This document shows, piece after piece, positions 1 through 8,862 of a stretch of 26,319 bases of DNA (positions are counted from its first letter, which is position 1; the number at the start of each line of letters is the position of its first letter). Under the pieces are notes generated by a model, which worked only from the letters and a program-made list of their open reading frames with translations, was not told the DNA's origin and made no database searches. A program made the translations under genes and the position numbers. The stretch comes from Candidatus Jordarchaeales archaeon (GTDB lineage: Archaea; Asgardarchaeota; Jordiarchaeia; Jordiarchaeales; Freyrarchaeaceae): the NCBI GenBank assembly GCA_038889235.1, contig JAWAHN010000002.1, positions 475,386 through 501,704 on the forward strand. Reading direction: 5' to 3'.

Positions 1-268
1 AACATACCTACTTGGCGTGCTAGCTGCCTTCATACTCGCATCAATAACGACCATAGTGTCAAACCTGGTAACAGGAATGACATGGTACTTCTACCCGGCT
101 GCCGTGGGCGAAATAGTGTTCCTCTCGTCAACCACCCTAACTCAGCTCACCCCACTCCCAGTCGGGTTTGCCCTCGGTCTTGTCACATCAGCGGTCATAG
201 CATACCTAGCCATGGTGAGAAAGGAGAGCCCTGTCAGAAAGCTCTTCGAAAAGAACTTCAAAATCTAA
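1..268 (+). CDS. 3' part of a host integral membrane protein (5'-truncated by the window edge)
   Basis: Frame is open from base 2 (TYLLGVLAAFILAS...) to TAA at 266-268. Several hydrophobic stretches and a basic tail; family not recognised. Confidence 0.6.
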   Translation, partial: TYLLGVLAAFILASITTIVSNLVTGMTWYFYPAAVGEIVFLSSTTLTQLTPLPVGFALGLVTSAVIAYLAMVRKESPVRKLFEKNFKI

Positions 269-355
269 CTTAACAACCCACCCACATTTTTTCAATTAAG
301 AAAAAGGGGAAGACTTTTCTGAGACCCCTCCAACTCGTCTTTAGGGTGGTTTGAG

Positions 356-560
356 TTGAGAGCCTTAGTCGCCTACTACTCTGAAACCGGGAACACCGAG
401 AAAGTTGCGAAAGCAATTGCTGGGGCCCTAGGGGCCGAGCTGAGGCGCGTCGAAGAAGTAAGGGACGTGTCAGGCTACGACGTCATCATAGTCGGAACCC
501 CCGTACACTACTTCGGCCCAGCGGAGCCCGTGAAACTGTTCCTTGAAAGGCTCCCACCCC
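356..560 (+). pseudogene. Flavodoxin, 5' half (interrupted by the element)
   Basis: TTG start after a GGGTGG RBS; FMN-binding loop YYSETGNTEKVA and IIVGTPV. The frame leaves flavodoxin at the repeat 552-560 and stops at 571 inside the element. Confidence 0.92.
552..560 (+). repeat. attL core TCCCACCCC
   Basis: Identical 9-mer at 19666-19674; flanking bases differ on both sides; it sits at the flavodoxin breakpoint next to the integrase 3' end. Confidence 0.9.
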
Positions 561-565
561 GCCCG

Positions 566-2019
566 TTATAGACAAACCCCCGGACACTCTTCCAGGCATT
601 GTTTATTTTCTTTTCCTGAAAATATTTTGTTTCCATTATAGTCGCAGATGTATTCGAAGCCAGCCTCTACAAGTTGACATATTTCTTCCTCTGAGTGGGC
701 TACCTTTGCTATATATTCTTCTTCCTTAAATTCGATGAGCTGTGTGTATATCAGCGTGTTTTTGATGTTCTTGTGTCCAAGCATGCACATTACGTGTAGG
801 ATGTCCCTTGTTTTATGGTATTCCATTGTTGCCCTCCAATGGCGGAACGTGTGGAAGGTTATTTGCAACAGCCTTGGATTTTCAAGCTTCTTGGCCAGCT
901 TGCGCCTTTGTCTTGCAAAGCTCTTCTGCATGGCGTCAACGCTTACACCAAAAACTTTAGCCGAAGTCTTTGGCAGGGCTTTGAGCATAGCGATGAGCTT
1001 ATCCGATATCTTCAACACTCGCGGGCAGCTGCCTTTTTCAGGGGAAACCCTTACCACCTTTGCTTCAAAGTCTAAATCAGTCCATCGTAAGCGACACGCC
1101 TCCTCACACCTCATCCCCGTCTCTTTGAGAAGTTGTAGAAAAGCCATCAGCCTTTTTGTGGAAGCACACCCCGCTATAAGTTGGTCGATCTCGGCTTCTG
1201 TGGGTATAAATGGAAGCTTCTGAACCCTGCTATATCTTGGCGAGTCCCATCTACCGCCTATAAAGTTTAAGAAACAGCTGTAGGCCTCAACATACAACTC
1301 CTTTCTTCCGGCACTACAGCTTAGTCGAGCAATAGCCTCTTTAATGGACTCTGGATTGTAGAGGTCGGCTCCAAACTTCACAAGCTTTTTCAGAATCTTC
1401 ACATGTCCCTGGATAGTTGAATCAGCATAGCCCTGCTTCTTCATCCACCATGCGAATTCAACGAGTTTCCCTCTGATATTTGCTTGTCCTTGGTTTGTTT
1501 CTGTGGCTCCCGCAGCCCTCTTTTCAAGGCTCTGCGCATCCTCCATCTTCCTCCCTTTATGGGGGCCGAGTTTTTCGCCCCTTCTCTGAGGCGCAGTACT
1601 CGGCAATCCCTGATACGGTCGCGAAAGCTATTTACGGTTTTCGCTAATACAGTCCCATTATGTATTCCCGCATCTTCACACCATTTAAAAGAAGCCTCAT
1701 CCAAAGATTTCTTAAAGGGGAGATTGCCAGCAGCGATGCCAGCATGCGGAAGCTCCTTTACCGTTTCAAAACCTTCACGGAATTGTCCGCCGACGTCGAC
1801 CTCTACATTAGGCTTAGAGAAGCGATATCCGCAAAGCTTGCATAGCCAACGCTGAATAGCGCTGCCATCAGCCAAATAGCGAAGGCCATTCTTCCAAACG
1901 CTTTCCGAGCCGCATTCTGGACATTTAGGGGGCTGGCTGCTGGGCTGCGGGAGCCCGCTGGGCAAAGCCTCAGAAGGTTTAGCTCCGCAGTCAGCCTCTC
2001 CCTTAACCGTAGCGTTCAC
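566..2019 (-). pseudogene. Tyrosine recombinase/integrase with N-terminal Zn ribbon, split by frameshifts
   Basis: ORF 1441-2019 carries CPECG...WLCKLCGYRFS. ORF 566-1606 carries the catalytic set TGMRCEE, PEKG, FHTFRH, LGH, IYTQ. Indels at about 1555-1600 separate the two. An alternative-frame FRKRK-stop ending (TAA 605-603) suggests another indel near 620. Confidence 0.9.
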
Positions 2020-2174
2020 CTCTGGCTGGCGATCTGCCAGCTAAAGCCTCAGACCAAAAGCAAGCTCAGCAGATAATTGCCGTTTCCACCTTTCGCCGTC
2101 AAACATGTCTCGTTTTGAATACTATTGCTAAGCCAGCCTCGCATAGGTTTCTAAGATTGTAAGTTGCAAGTAGG

Positions 2175-3143
2175 CTAAAGGTTTGGAATCCATTCCTCGC
2201 CCATGCGCTTTATCGCTTTAAGGTTTTCAAGGTAGTTTAGGCACCTGTAAATCGTGGCTGGGCTGTAGAGGCTTGAGAGGGCGTTTAGTATTTGGTTTGA
2301 TGTTGCTGGTAGGGTTAGCATTATGCGGAAGCTCGGCTCGTCTCCGCTGTATGGGCTCAGCCACAAAACGCTTAGGGCTCTAAGCAGTTTAACGTCTTCC
2401 TCATTTACTTTCGTCCTGTTTTCGCGTAGGGCTGAAGCCTTAGCCATCGCTATGACATGTCGGTGCGATCTGAAACGCGTTTCATCGCGGTTTACAGCCG
2501 CTATAACCCTTCCAAGACGCATCAGGGCTTCTTTATGCCTTTCAGGAACGTTTACGCTTAGGGGCTTTTCTGGAAGGTTCAGCTTTACAGGTTTGAACGT
2601 GGGTTTAGCCCTGTATAAGGCTTGTTCTCCCCGGATTATGTCTTCGGGCGCGATGTGATAGCTTATTGGAACGGCTCGGCTTAGGAAGCCTAAGCGTATC
2701 CATTGTTTTCGGCGGAGTTTCCATTCGTCCGTTGTTAAAGCTGCTATGACCCCGGCTTTAACGGGCTTTGGGCTGTGGAATCGTATATAGAAGGTGTCTA
2801 TGTTTTGGACTCCTTCCTCCATCAAAGCGTTAAGCGTTAACAGTATCTGGTGCCACACAGGGTTTCCTCTTGCTGTAAGCCGTACCAGATCAGCAACCAT
2901 GACGTGGCGTATAAGCCCAGCTTGGATTTGTCCAAGCAATCCCGTAATCCCATAGCTTGTGAAGTCGTTGTAAAGCGTTACGCCCCTGTTTTCCGCGTAA
3001 GCCTTAAGAAGCTCCGTTTTCCCGCTGCCGACAGGCGCAATAATAAGCATGCTTAAGGGGTCATATGGCTCGATGTAGCCGCTGTAAAGGGCAAGTTCAA
3101 CGCTTATGGCTGTGGAAAGAAGTCCGGGCGGAAGCTCTCTCAG
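2175..3143 (-). CDS. Minimal MCM-like AAA+ ATPase with C-terminal wHTH
   Basis: Walker A IIAPVGSGKT; NALMEEG...I resembles MCM HEAMEQQTI; LSRA arginine-finger-like; FRSHRHVIAMAKASALRENRTKVNEEDV resembles the MCM sensor-2 helix. First ATG is at 3050 but the frame is open to about 3155, so the start is uncertain. Confidence 0.7.
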   Translation of the reverse strand: MRELPPGLLSTAISVELALYSGYIEPYDPLSMLIIAPVGSGKTELLKAYAENRGVTLYNDFTSYGITGLLGQIQAGLIRHVMVADLVRLTARGNPVWHQILLTLNALMEEGVQNIDTFYIRFHSPKPVKAGVIAALTTDEWKLRRKQWIRLGFLSRAVPISYHIAPEDIIRGEQALYRAKPTFKPVKLNLPEKPLSVNVPERHKEALMRLGRVIAAVNRDETRFRSHRHVIAMAKASALRENRTKVNEEDVKLLRALSVLWLSPYSGDEPSFRIMLTLPATSNQILNALSSLYSPATIYRCLNYLENLKAIKRMGEEWIPNL

Positions 3144-3268
3144 GTAGCTGATGTCTTCTCAGAAGCGTATATATCACTAGAGATACATACGCGTTTGAGA
3201 TAAGAAAGCTTTTCTGAGAGAAACCTTTCAAGAAGGCTGAGCCTCGTTATGTAAGTCTCAACATACAT
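3140..3268 (-). CDS. 42-aa hypothetical protein
   Basis: ATG 3268 to TGA 3140 (MYVETYITRLSLLERFLSEKLSYLKRV...), filling the operon gap between neighbouring genes. Confidence 0.35.
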   Translation of the reverse strand: MYVETYITRLSLLERFLSEKLSYLKRVCISSDIYASEKTSAT

Positions 3269-3274
3269 TCTCCG

Positions 3275-3888
3275 TCACCCTTCGTAGAACCATTTCGCCG
3301 GCTTGGTTGGAAGTTTGAAGGCCTTACCTGCCTTTACCAGCAACTCAAAGGCTTTCTCAACCACCTCGCCTGGAAAGTCGACTCCGTTGGCTTTGGCATC
3401 CTCGACGGTGTAGGCTCTTCCGCGCTCCAAAACACTGGACATTTGCTCCATGCAAGCTTGAATCGAATCGGCTCTTTCCGCTTCTATTCTTTTAGCTTCT
3501 GTAACTGCGCCGAGCAGCTATTTGGGAATCCAGGTTTCGCGCTGCCTTCTTCCGATTTTAACTCGTTCCCAAAGAAATCTTTTCATTAACATATTATTGA
3601 ATAGCTCGTCTACGGTTCTGCCTTTCAAACCTAACTGCTTAAGTCTTACAACATAGTCGCCCAGTTGGGTGCCCTTTCCAGCTGTCTTAGGATCTTTAGT
3701 ATATGCGCTGTCGGCAGTTATCCACACGTTGAAGTCTTTGTATTCCCCTCTGTCTGGCCTAAGTATTATGTGCCAGCGTGAATAGCGGGGTTTGAAGCGC
3801 GTCCTCTCCTAGCCCTCCTACAAAGGTCGCAGCTACAATCTTTAGTGACACTAACAACAGTAGCCGTTATATCTCTCAGACCCTCCAC
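3275..3888 (-). pseudogene. ~200-aa protein with a CxCxxC motif, beta-rich (OB-like) N-terminus and wHTH-like C-terminus; one frameshift and one in-frame TAG
   Basis: GTG 3888 gives MEGLRDITATVVSVTKDCSCDLCRRA; a missing G near 3808 leads into RFKPRYSRWHIILRP...WIPK, then TAG 3520-3518, then in frame LLGAVTEAKR...EKAFELLVKAGKAFKLPTKPAKWFYEG to TGA 3275. Confidence 0.6.
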
Positions 3889-4028
3889 CCCCTAATCTCC
3901 GTGATGGCGACTTCATTTTGGGGGCTTGACTCTGTGACTTCTGTTTTGTGGGTTGTGAGGTGTGCAGCTAAGTCGTCAATTGTGGAAAACTGACAGTTGC
4001 ATAGTGGACACTTCAGCTCACTGCTCAT
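3876..4028 (-). CDS. 50-aa C2H2 zinc-finger protein
   Basis: MSSELKCPLCNCQFSTIDDLAAHLTTH... matches C-x2-C-x12-H-x3-H exactly. It overlaps both neighbours and is below the ORF-track size cutoff. Confidence 0.8.
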   Translation of the reverse strand: MSSELKCPLCNCQFSTIDDLAAHLTTHKTEVTESSPQNEVAITEIRGWRV

Positions 4029-4214
4029 TCTCCGCAACCTCCCGGGCTAAAACGGTTTTTACCTCGGAGCTCACAACGTTCAGGCGTTCAAGCTTTTCAA
4101 TGATCGCTTGACGTGCGAATTCGCTGACCGACACCCCATCGCTAGGGACACGGTCTTTACGATATCCGCGATTCTCTCTGACACTTTTACGCTTATCCAA
4201 CGGTTTCTGTACAC
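4018..4214 (-). CDS. Ribbon-helix-helix (CopG-like) regulator, one apparent frameshift
   Basis: GGAGGT RBS then GTG 4214: MYRNRWISVKVSERIADIVKTVSLAMG. One extra G in the run at 4134-4137 would join it to VSVSEFARQAIIEKLERL. Confidence 0.78.
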
Positions 4215-4253
4215 CCCCCTTACCTCCGCAAATAATGCTCATAGCTTGAAGCT

Positions 4254-4261
4254 TTTATAAA
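4254..4261. promoter_or_regulatory. Palindromic TATA box TTTATAAA between divergent regulators
   Basis: Self-complementary. It lies about 25 nt from the + strand start (4285) and about 25 nt from the RBS of the - strand operon (4228-4223). Confidence 0.55.
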
Positions 4262-4284
4262 CTGGAATTACACACTTTTCAAGT

Positions 4285-4608
4285 GTGAACTCCATGAGGC
4301 GAGATAAGCTGAAACTGCAACCTATTGACCTAAAGGTCTTTGAGCTCATCCTTCAAGGGAAGAACATATATGGTATGTTTAAGTGCGGGCTTCCAAAAGG
4401 AACCATAAACAAGAGTGTTAAGAGGTTAAGAAAGCTTGGAATTTTTGAGGATAAAGAGTTAAGGCCTACAGAGGATGCCCTCAAAAAGCTCTTTGAAGCC
4501 GAGTTTGATAGACCAAGTTTAGATGTTGCTCGCGTCCTTGTAGATAATGGAGTTAACGCCAAATTGGCGAACTTTATTCAGTCTAGACTTCAAAAGTGTG
4601 CGATTTAG
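4285..4608 (+). CDS. Winged-helix DNA-binding protein
   Basis: LQPIDLKVFELILQGKNIYGMFKCGLPKGTINKSVKRLRKLGIFE fits the wHTH pattern; divergent from the RHH operon. Confidence 0.6.
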   Translation: MNSMRRDKLKLQPIDLKVFELILQGKNIYGMFKCGLPKGTINKSVKRLRKLGIFEDKELRPTEDALKKLFEAEFDRPSLDVARVLVDNGVNAKLANFIQSRLQKCAI

Positions 4609-4967
4609 GTTTAATAACGGATGAGAATTTTCTTCTTTTGCTCATCTTATATTGGGCTTTAATAGGTTACTTTAAGTATAAACTGCCAGTCAAAGAGTTA
4701 CATAGAATTTTGAGGCTCATCGAACCTAAGCTGAACAAAGATCTAATGAATGCCGTCGAGGGCCTGGTAAACCGTTCAAGATTTAATTTGAAGCACCCGT
4801 TCATGTTCGCGCGCATGTATATAGAACACCCGAAGCCTCTCCTAAGCTCTCGTGAAGAGGAAGAGCTCCACGAGGAAGAGGGGGCCATAGCTAGGCTTAT
4901 AGATGTCGCAAATAAATTTGGCGAGAACATCAAATTAGGAAGGATCGATGAGCCTTACCCCTTTTAA
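4596..4967 (+). CDS. Hypothetical protein with an N-terminal hydrophobic helix
   Basis: 123-aa ORF overlapping the upstream gene; FLLLLILYWALIGYF segment and an acidic EEEELHEEE patch. Confidence 0.5.
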   Translation: MCDLGLITDENFLLLLILYWALIGYFKYKLPVKELHRILRLIEPKLNKDLMNAVEGLVNRSRFNLKHPFMFARMYIEHPKPLLSSREEEELHEEEGAIARLIDVANKFGENIKLGRIDEPYPF

Positions 4968-5006
4968 TTAGTCTAACTCAGCTCCCAACGAAGTTAAAAA
5001 GTCACA

Positions 5007-5138
5007 TTAGATTGCGCTTTCCGCCATTTTTTCATTGATTGATGCTGATAAGGATTTTTTATACGGTTTGAGTCTTCCCGTCATATCTACAGCGCTTAAC
5101 CTCTTTTCAAATTCCTCTTTCATATCTTTTATCGTCAT
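5007..5138 (-). CDS. 43-aa hypothetical peptide downstream of the proteasome-beta-like gene
   Basis: GAGGT RBS; ATG 5138 gives MTIKDMKEEFEKRLSAVDMTGRLKPYKKSLSASINEKMAESAI, TAA 5009-5007. Confidence 0.35.
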   Translation of the reverse strand: MTIKDMKEEFEKRLSAVDMTGRLKPYKKSLSASINEKMAESAI

Positions 5139-5149
5139 AACGTATAACC

Positions 5150-5866
5150 TCACATTTTCAGAAGCTCCTTCAGTTTTTCCATAACATGCTGTAGCGAATC
5201 TTTTGCCTCTTTCTCAGGCAATTCAACCGCTGATGAGGAAACATCCTCTATGTCTTTCGGACTCACGGATACAAGGTTGATTTTTCCTCCAACAAAAGGA
5301 TCAATCGTTCCAACAAGTCGTATAACATAACATACAGGTTTTATTACACGCTCAATCCTTCTTTCAGATGGAAGAAGATACCTCAAGAAAAGCTCGGCAT
5401 AGGCCGCGCCCGAGCCCATCGCGCTGAAATCATCAACAGGTTCCGCGAGGGCTGTGCCATAAAGAGTAAAGGTGTCAACCTTTTCATTGCTTTCGTAACC
5501 CCCTATTATCATATCGTAAGTGTACTCAGCAATCTTCCTTTCTTCCACATACTCGCTGTGAAGCGTGCTGGCCAGTGGTTCAGCAACCTTACTTAGAGCC
5601 TCAGAAAGGGAGAGCTCATTTCTGTTTAGATCCTTATTTGCAATTTCAACCATGTTTGTATTTGTAAACATGCGAATAAACTTGTCTATGAAGGCTATTG
5701 TTCTAGCGCCAACCAGTGCGATCTTCTTCCTCACCAAACCCTCCTTCTCTATAACATGAATCTTATTTGTATCCCTTGAAATAGGCACGCCTCTACCGTA
5801 AACGGTTCTACTATCTGACGCAATTAAAATTCCATCATCACATTTTACTGCAATGCATAAAGTCAT
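5150..5866 (-). CDS. Proteasome-beta-like Ntn hydrolase without propeptide (copy A, intact)
   Basis: MTLCIAVKCDDGILIASDSRT gives Thr1 and Asp17 after Met removal; DTNKI supplies the Lys33 equivalent; AMGSGAAYAE and IDPFVGG motifs are present. Confidence 0.85.
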   Translation of the reverse strand: MTLCIAVKCDDGILIASDSRTVYGRGVPISRDTNKIHVIEKEGLVRKKIALVGARTIAFIDKFIRMFTNTNMVEIANKDLNRNELSLSEALSKVAEPLASTLHSEYVEERKIAEYTYDMIIGGYESNEKVDTFTLYGTALAEPVDDFSAMGSGAAYAELFLRYLLPSERRIERVIKPVCYVIRLVGTIDPFVGGKINLVSVSPKDIEDVSSSAVELPEKEAKDSLQHVMEKLKELLKM

Positions 5867-5923
5867 TTGCCTTACACCATTTTGATTATTTATACGCTAA
5901 AAGAATTTAAATTTAACATCTAC

Positions 5924-6686
5924 TTATCTCCTCTCAAAGAATGGACATTGGAAGCATAAACTTGCATCCGGCTTTAGGCTGTAGACTTCAACTTCCTCAG
6001 CAGTGAACCATGAGGTTGCCTTTTCAACAGTTCTAAGCTCAAAGAGCTCTTTGGCTTCTTCGCCGTATATGCGTTCAGCCTCCTCCTTGCTAAGCTCCCA
6101 AGCATCGCAGTATTCATCCTCGGCTAGGTGCCTGCAACTCTTAAGCTTCCATGTCCCTATAAGCCTCTCAGCCAAGCCTGGACCAGCCGTGCGCGTTGTA
6201 GCGGCAGTTGAAGCCGTAAACCCTAGTCCGCGCTCTAAGGCAAGCGAAGCCACGTCCACAAGTAGGCTCCCCGCTCCTTGGCAATGCGTTCAAGCCTTTC
6301 CTTAACTTCTTTACGAACCTTCAAGTAGAGCGTCTCCGCCGCTTCCAACACGCTTGAACCCTCCTCCAGTGGGCGTTCAGAATGGCCTGCGCTATTATTT
6401 CATCAGGCATAAGCATGTATTTTCTGAGCAGTTTGGCAAGCAGCTTAGCTTGGTCCGATATGGGTATAAGCTCCTCATTCCCATCACAGTATAGCCTATG
6501 GAAAACGTCTAACTCGGCTTGGAGCTCCTTTATGAATGCTTCATCGGCGAATGCTTGAAACCTGCCAAGATAATTGTAGACCGTGCTTCTACGGATGCCG
6601 AGCTCCTCAACTATGCATTTGACCGGCATCTTCCTTGCCCTAAGCCTAACGATCTCAGCAGCCTTATCCGATGGTATGCGCCTCAA
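5924..6686 (-). pseudogene. HTH + RHH + Cys/His Zn-binding domain protein, two apparent frameshifts
   Basis: ORF 6321-6686 has an N-terminal HTH (VKCIVEELGIRRSTVYNYL). An intermediate frame reads TLYLKVRKEVKERLERIAKERG and joins LVDVASLALERGL of ORF 5924-6259. Single-base additions in a C run (~6372) and a G run (~6270) restore one ORF. Confidence 0.6.
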
Positions 6687-6864
6687 AGCTGAACGCCAAA
6701 AATATTAAGGGAACTCCCCCTTAAATCGGTTTCATAGGCTCAGAAGTGCAGAAGTAAAAGCGTTGCTCAAGCCTTATCGTGATTCAGAGTCCAAACAATT
6801 CCAAATTGGTTAGAGCTCTAACCCGGTTAGAACATGTCTTCTGCACGGAGCAATAAAAACGCTT

Positions 6865-7425
6865 ATGAAACAATGGAAGCATCTTGAAAGCAGTGGAAAC
6901 ATGACGGTAACAGAGGAAGCGGCCCTCCTGCCCTTCGAGGAGAAGGCCAGGCTCATTATTGAGTTGAGGAAGCAAGGTAGGACTTACCGAGAAATAGCTA
7001 AGGCTTTGAAAGTTTCGCCTAGGGACATAAAGAGGGCTTTAAAGCTCGAGGCTCATAAGGATGAGATCCAGACGCTTAAGTCTAGGGTTGAAAGCGTCGA
7101 GAAGAGGCTTAACGGCATAGAGGAAACCTTAATTTGGCTTGAAAGCGGCCTCAACAGGAGGTTTAGGAAGGACGAGGAGATGGTCCAGTGCGTGCACATG
7201 GATAAGGAGGGATATTGCAGAGGCTGGTTTTGGAAATCGCCCGTCAAAGGCTGGACAATGAAGAGCGAAGGCGGAAAATACTATCTAAACGTGGATAAAC
7301 ACCGCTGGATATGCACTGCATGCCCAAGCTTCACGCCCAGAAGTTTTGAGGATAAGCTGGAGGGCCTTATTAAAGCCCTCAAAGAGGTCAGGACATTGCT
7401 TGAAATGGCTGCCTTCAAAACCTAA
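6865..7425 (+). CDS. HTH + coiled coil + Cys/His Zn-binding domain protein (likely start ATG 6901)
   Basis: QGRTYREIAKALKVSPRDIKRAL HTH; heptad region; CVHMDKEGYC...W...CTACPSF. Confidence 0.7.
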   Translation: MKQWKHLESSGNMTVTEEAALLPFEEKARLIIELRKQGRTYREIAKALKVSPRDIKRALKLEAHKDEIQTLKSRVESVEKRLNGIEETLIWLESGLNRRFRKDEEMVQCVHMDKEGYCRGWFWKSPVKGWTMKSEGGKYYLNVDKHRWICTACPSFTPRSFEDKLEGLIKALKEVRTLLEMAAFKT

Positions 7426-7483
7426 GCCCTTAACTCCAAACTATTTTGGTGGCTTACGAGGGCGAACCACTCCAGCATTTCCT

Positions 7484-7506
7484 ATTAGCATATCATTAGC
7501 ATATCA
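7484..7506. repeat. Tandem 11-bp repeat ATTAGCATATC x2
   Basis: Read directly at 7484-7494 and 7495-7505, in an intergenic region between convergent genes. Confidence 0.7.
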
Positions 7507-7623
7507 ATAAGCTCCCTTCATAAAAACGCTAAATTGTCTAAGATAAACAATCCAGTATCGCCTCCGCCACGCTTGCAGTGATATGAAGCTGCTCAGAATT
7601 GGCGCAGCTAAGCCAAGCGTAGT

Positions 7624-7812
7624 TCAAAGGAGCAATAATACACCTGTTATGATGAATAATGTGCCGACGGCAATCAGCGCTATTGGAAGCCAAATAGACG
7701 CTAGCAACAGGGAGACCAAGCATGCTCCAATTAATAATAGGGCTGCTGGAACGAGGAAAATTAGTAGTAAAGTTGCTATAATCCAAAACATTACCTTAAC
7801 TAGGTTAATCAT
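7624..7812 (-). CDS. 62-aa two-helix membrane protein
   Basis: ATG 7812 gives MINLVKVMFWIIATLLLIFLVPAALLLIG...; almost wholly hydrophobic; purine-rich RBS region upstream. Confidence 0.55.
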   Translation of the reverse strand: MINLVKVMFWIIATLLLIFLVPAALLLIGACLVSLLLASIWLPIALIAVGTLFIITGVLLLL

Positions 7813-7890
7813 TTCTTTCCCCCTCTTTCTCAACCTCCATTTTAGCCATCCCTATGCTTTAATTTTCATCTCTTAGGAAACGCTTGGCAA

Positions 7891-8703
7891 TTACTCTTTT
7901 CGCTTTTCTCTTTCCAATTCCTCTATCTTTTGCAGGACTTTTTGTTCTCCAGCCATGTCGAGCACCCTCCACATGCGCCTTATGAGTTCCTTCCTTTGTT
8001 TTGCCTTCCCTTTGTATTCCTTTATGGCCTCCTCAGTTAAGGGGCCTAGCAACACACCTTCCTCCCTGCCCTCATGTAGTAGCTTTCACCAACAAACGGT
8101 CCCACAACTGGGTCAATTTCGCTAACAACATCTATTATGAACGTTGATAGTGCCCCTATATCCAGCAGGTAGCTCTCCTCGGGCTCGTAGCCCAAAAGCC
8201 TTAGAAGCAAATTTCCACCAGTGAAAAAGCCCGTGCCTATGACGGCGAAGCCCGGGTTGTCGTGCACCGGCTGAGCCAAACCCCTATCATCGAACAGGTA
8301 CATGGATGCTTTTCCACTTTGGTCCACGCTTGCCAAAACCATGCTGAAGCTCAAGTCCAGCCCCTGATCACGTAGTTCCCTAAACCTGCTAATGAAAGCC
8401 AACTCGACCTGCTTGACGGCCCCCCTCAAACTGTTCAAAACTCGGAGTCTTCTTGCCCCATTCCCTGACAGCCATATCCCTAAGAATCCTCTCACAAATC
8501 CTATAGCTCTGCTTAATGAGTGAGGCGTCGCCAGCGCCTCCAGCAACCGCAAGCGGCACAGCCTCTCCATCCGCCATCAGGAGTATCGGGTACACCTTCC
8601 TAGTTTCATAGCTGACGGGGCCGACGGTCACCTTGGAATCTGAAGAAATAACCACGCCTTCTTTGCCCTCAATGACCCATTTCAAGGCAATAAGTAAAGT
8701 CAC
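7891..8703 (-). pseudogene. Proteasome-beta-like Ntn hydrolase (copy B, ~270 aa), two apparent frameshifts
   Basis: GGAGGT RBS; MTLLIALKWVIEGKEGVVISSDSK...RKVY (Thr1, Asp, Lys); AVIGTG; IDPVVGP. An indel in the C6 run 8420-8425 joins ORF 8389-8703 to 8046-8570. A second indel near 8065 continues EEGVLLGPLTEEAIKEY...LEREKRKE to TAA 7893-7891. Confidence 0.8.
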
Positions 8704-8706
8704 GAA

Positions 8707-8826
8707 TTATACCTCCTTGGAACATGAGCATAATCCTCTCAGGTTAAAACCGAAGTGATTAAGCTTGGTCTGCTGACTGTCACAGATGAGAAAGGTGCCA
8801 GCACGCCTAAGGCCGATAACAGTCAT
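8707..8826 (-). CDS. 39-aa ORF, possibly another degenerate proteasome-beta N-terminus
   Basis: MTVIGLRRAGTFLICDSQQTKLNHF...; MT-x-I-G-L-R...DSQ-x-T resembles strands S1-S2 of beta subunits. Confidence 0.25.
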   Translation of the reverse strand: MTVIGLRRAGTFLICDSQQTKLNHFGFNLRGLCSCSKEV

Positions 8827-8862
8827 GTAAACGATCCCCCTACCACTATCCTAAAAAGTGCG

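Noticed and set aside
566-2019. SSV1/pNOB8-type integrase split by its att site
   Set aside because: The att core lies outside the gene and no integrase fragment occurs at the other end; the split is due to internal indels.
5150-8703. Calling the beta-like genes psmB, hslV, anbu or connectase
   Set aside because: No propeptide, alpha subunit, HslU or Anbu-type operon partners are present; the subfamily cannot be assigned without phylogeny.
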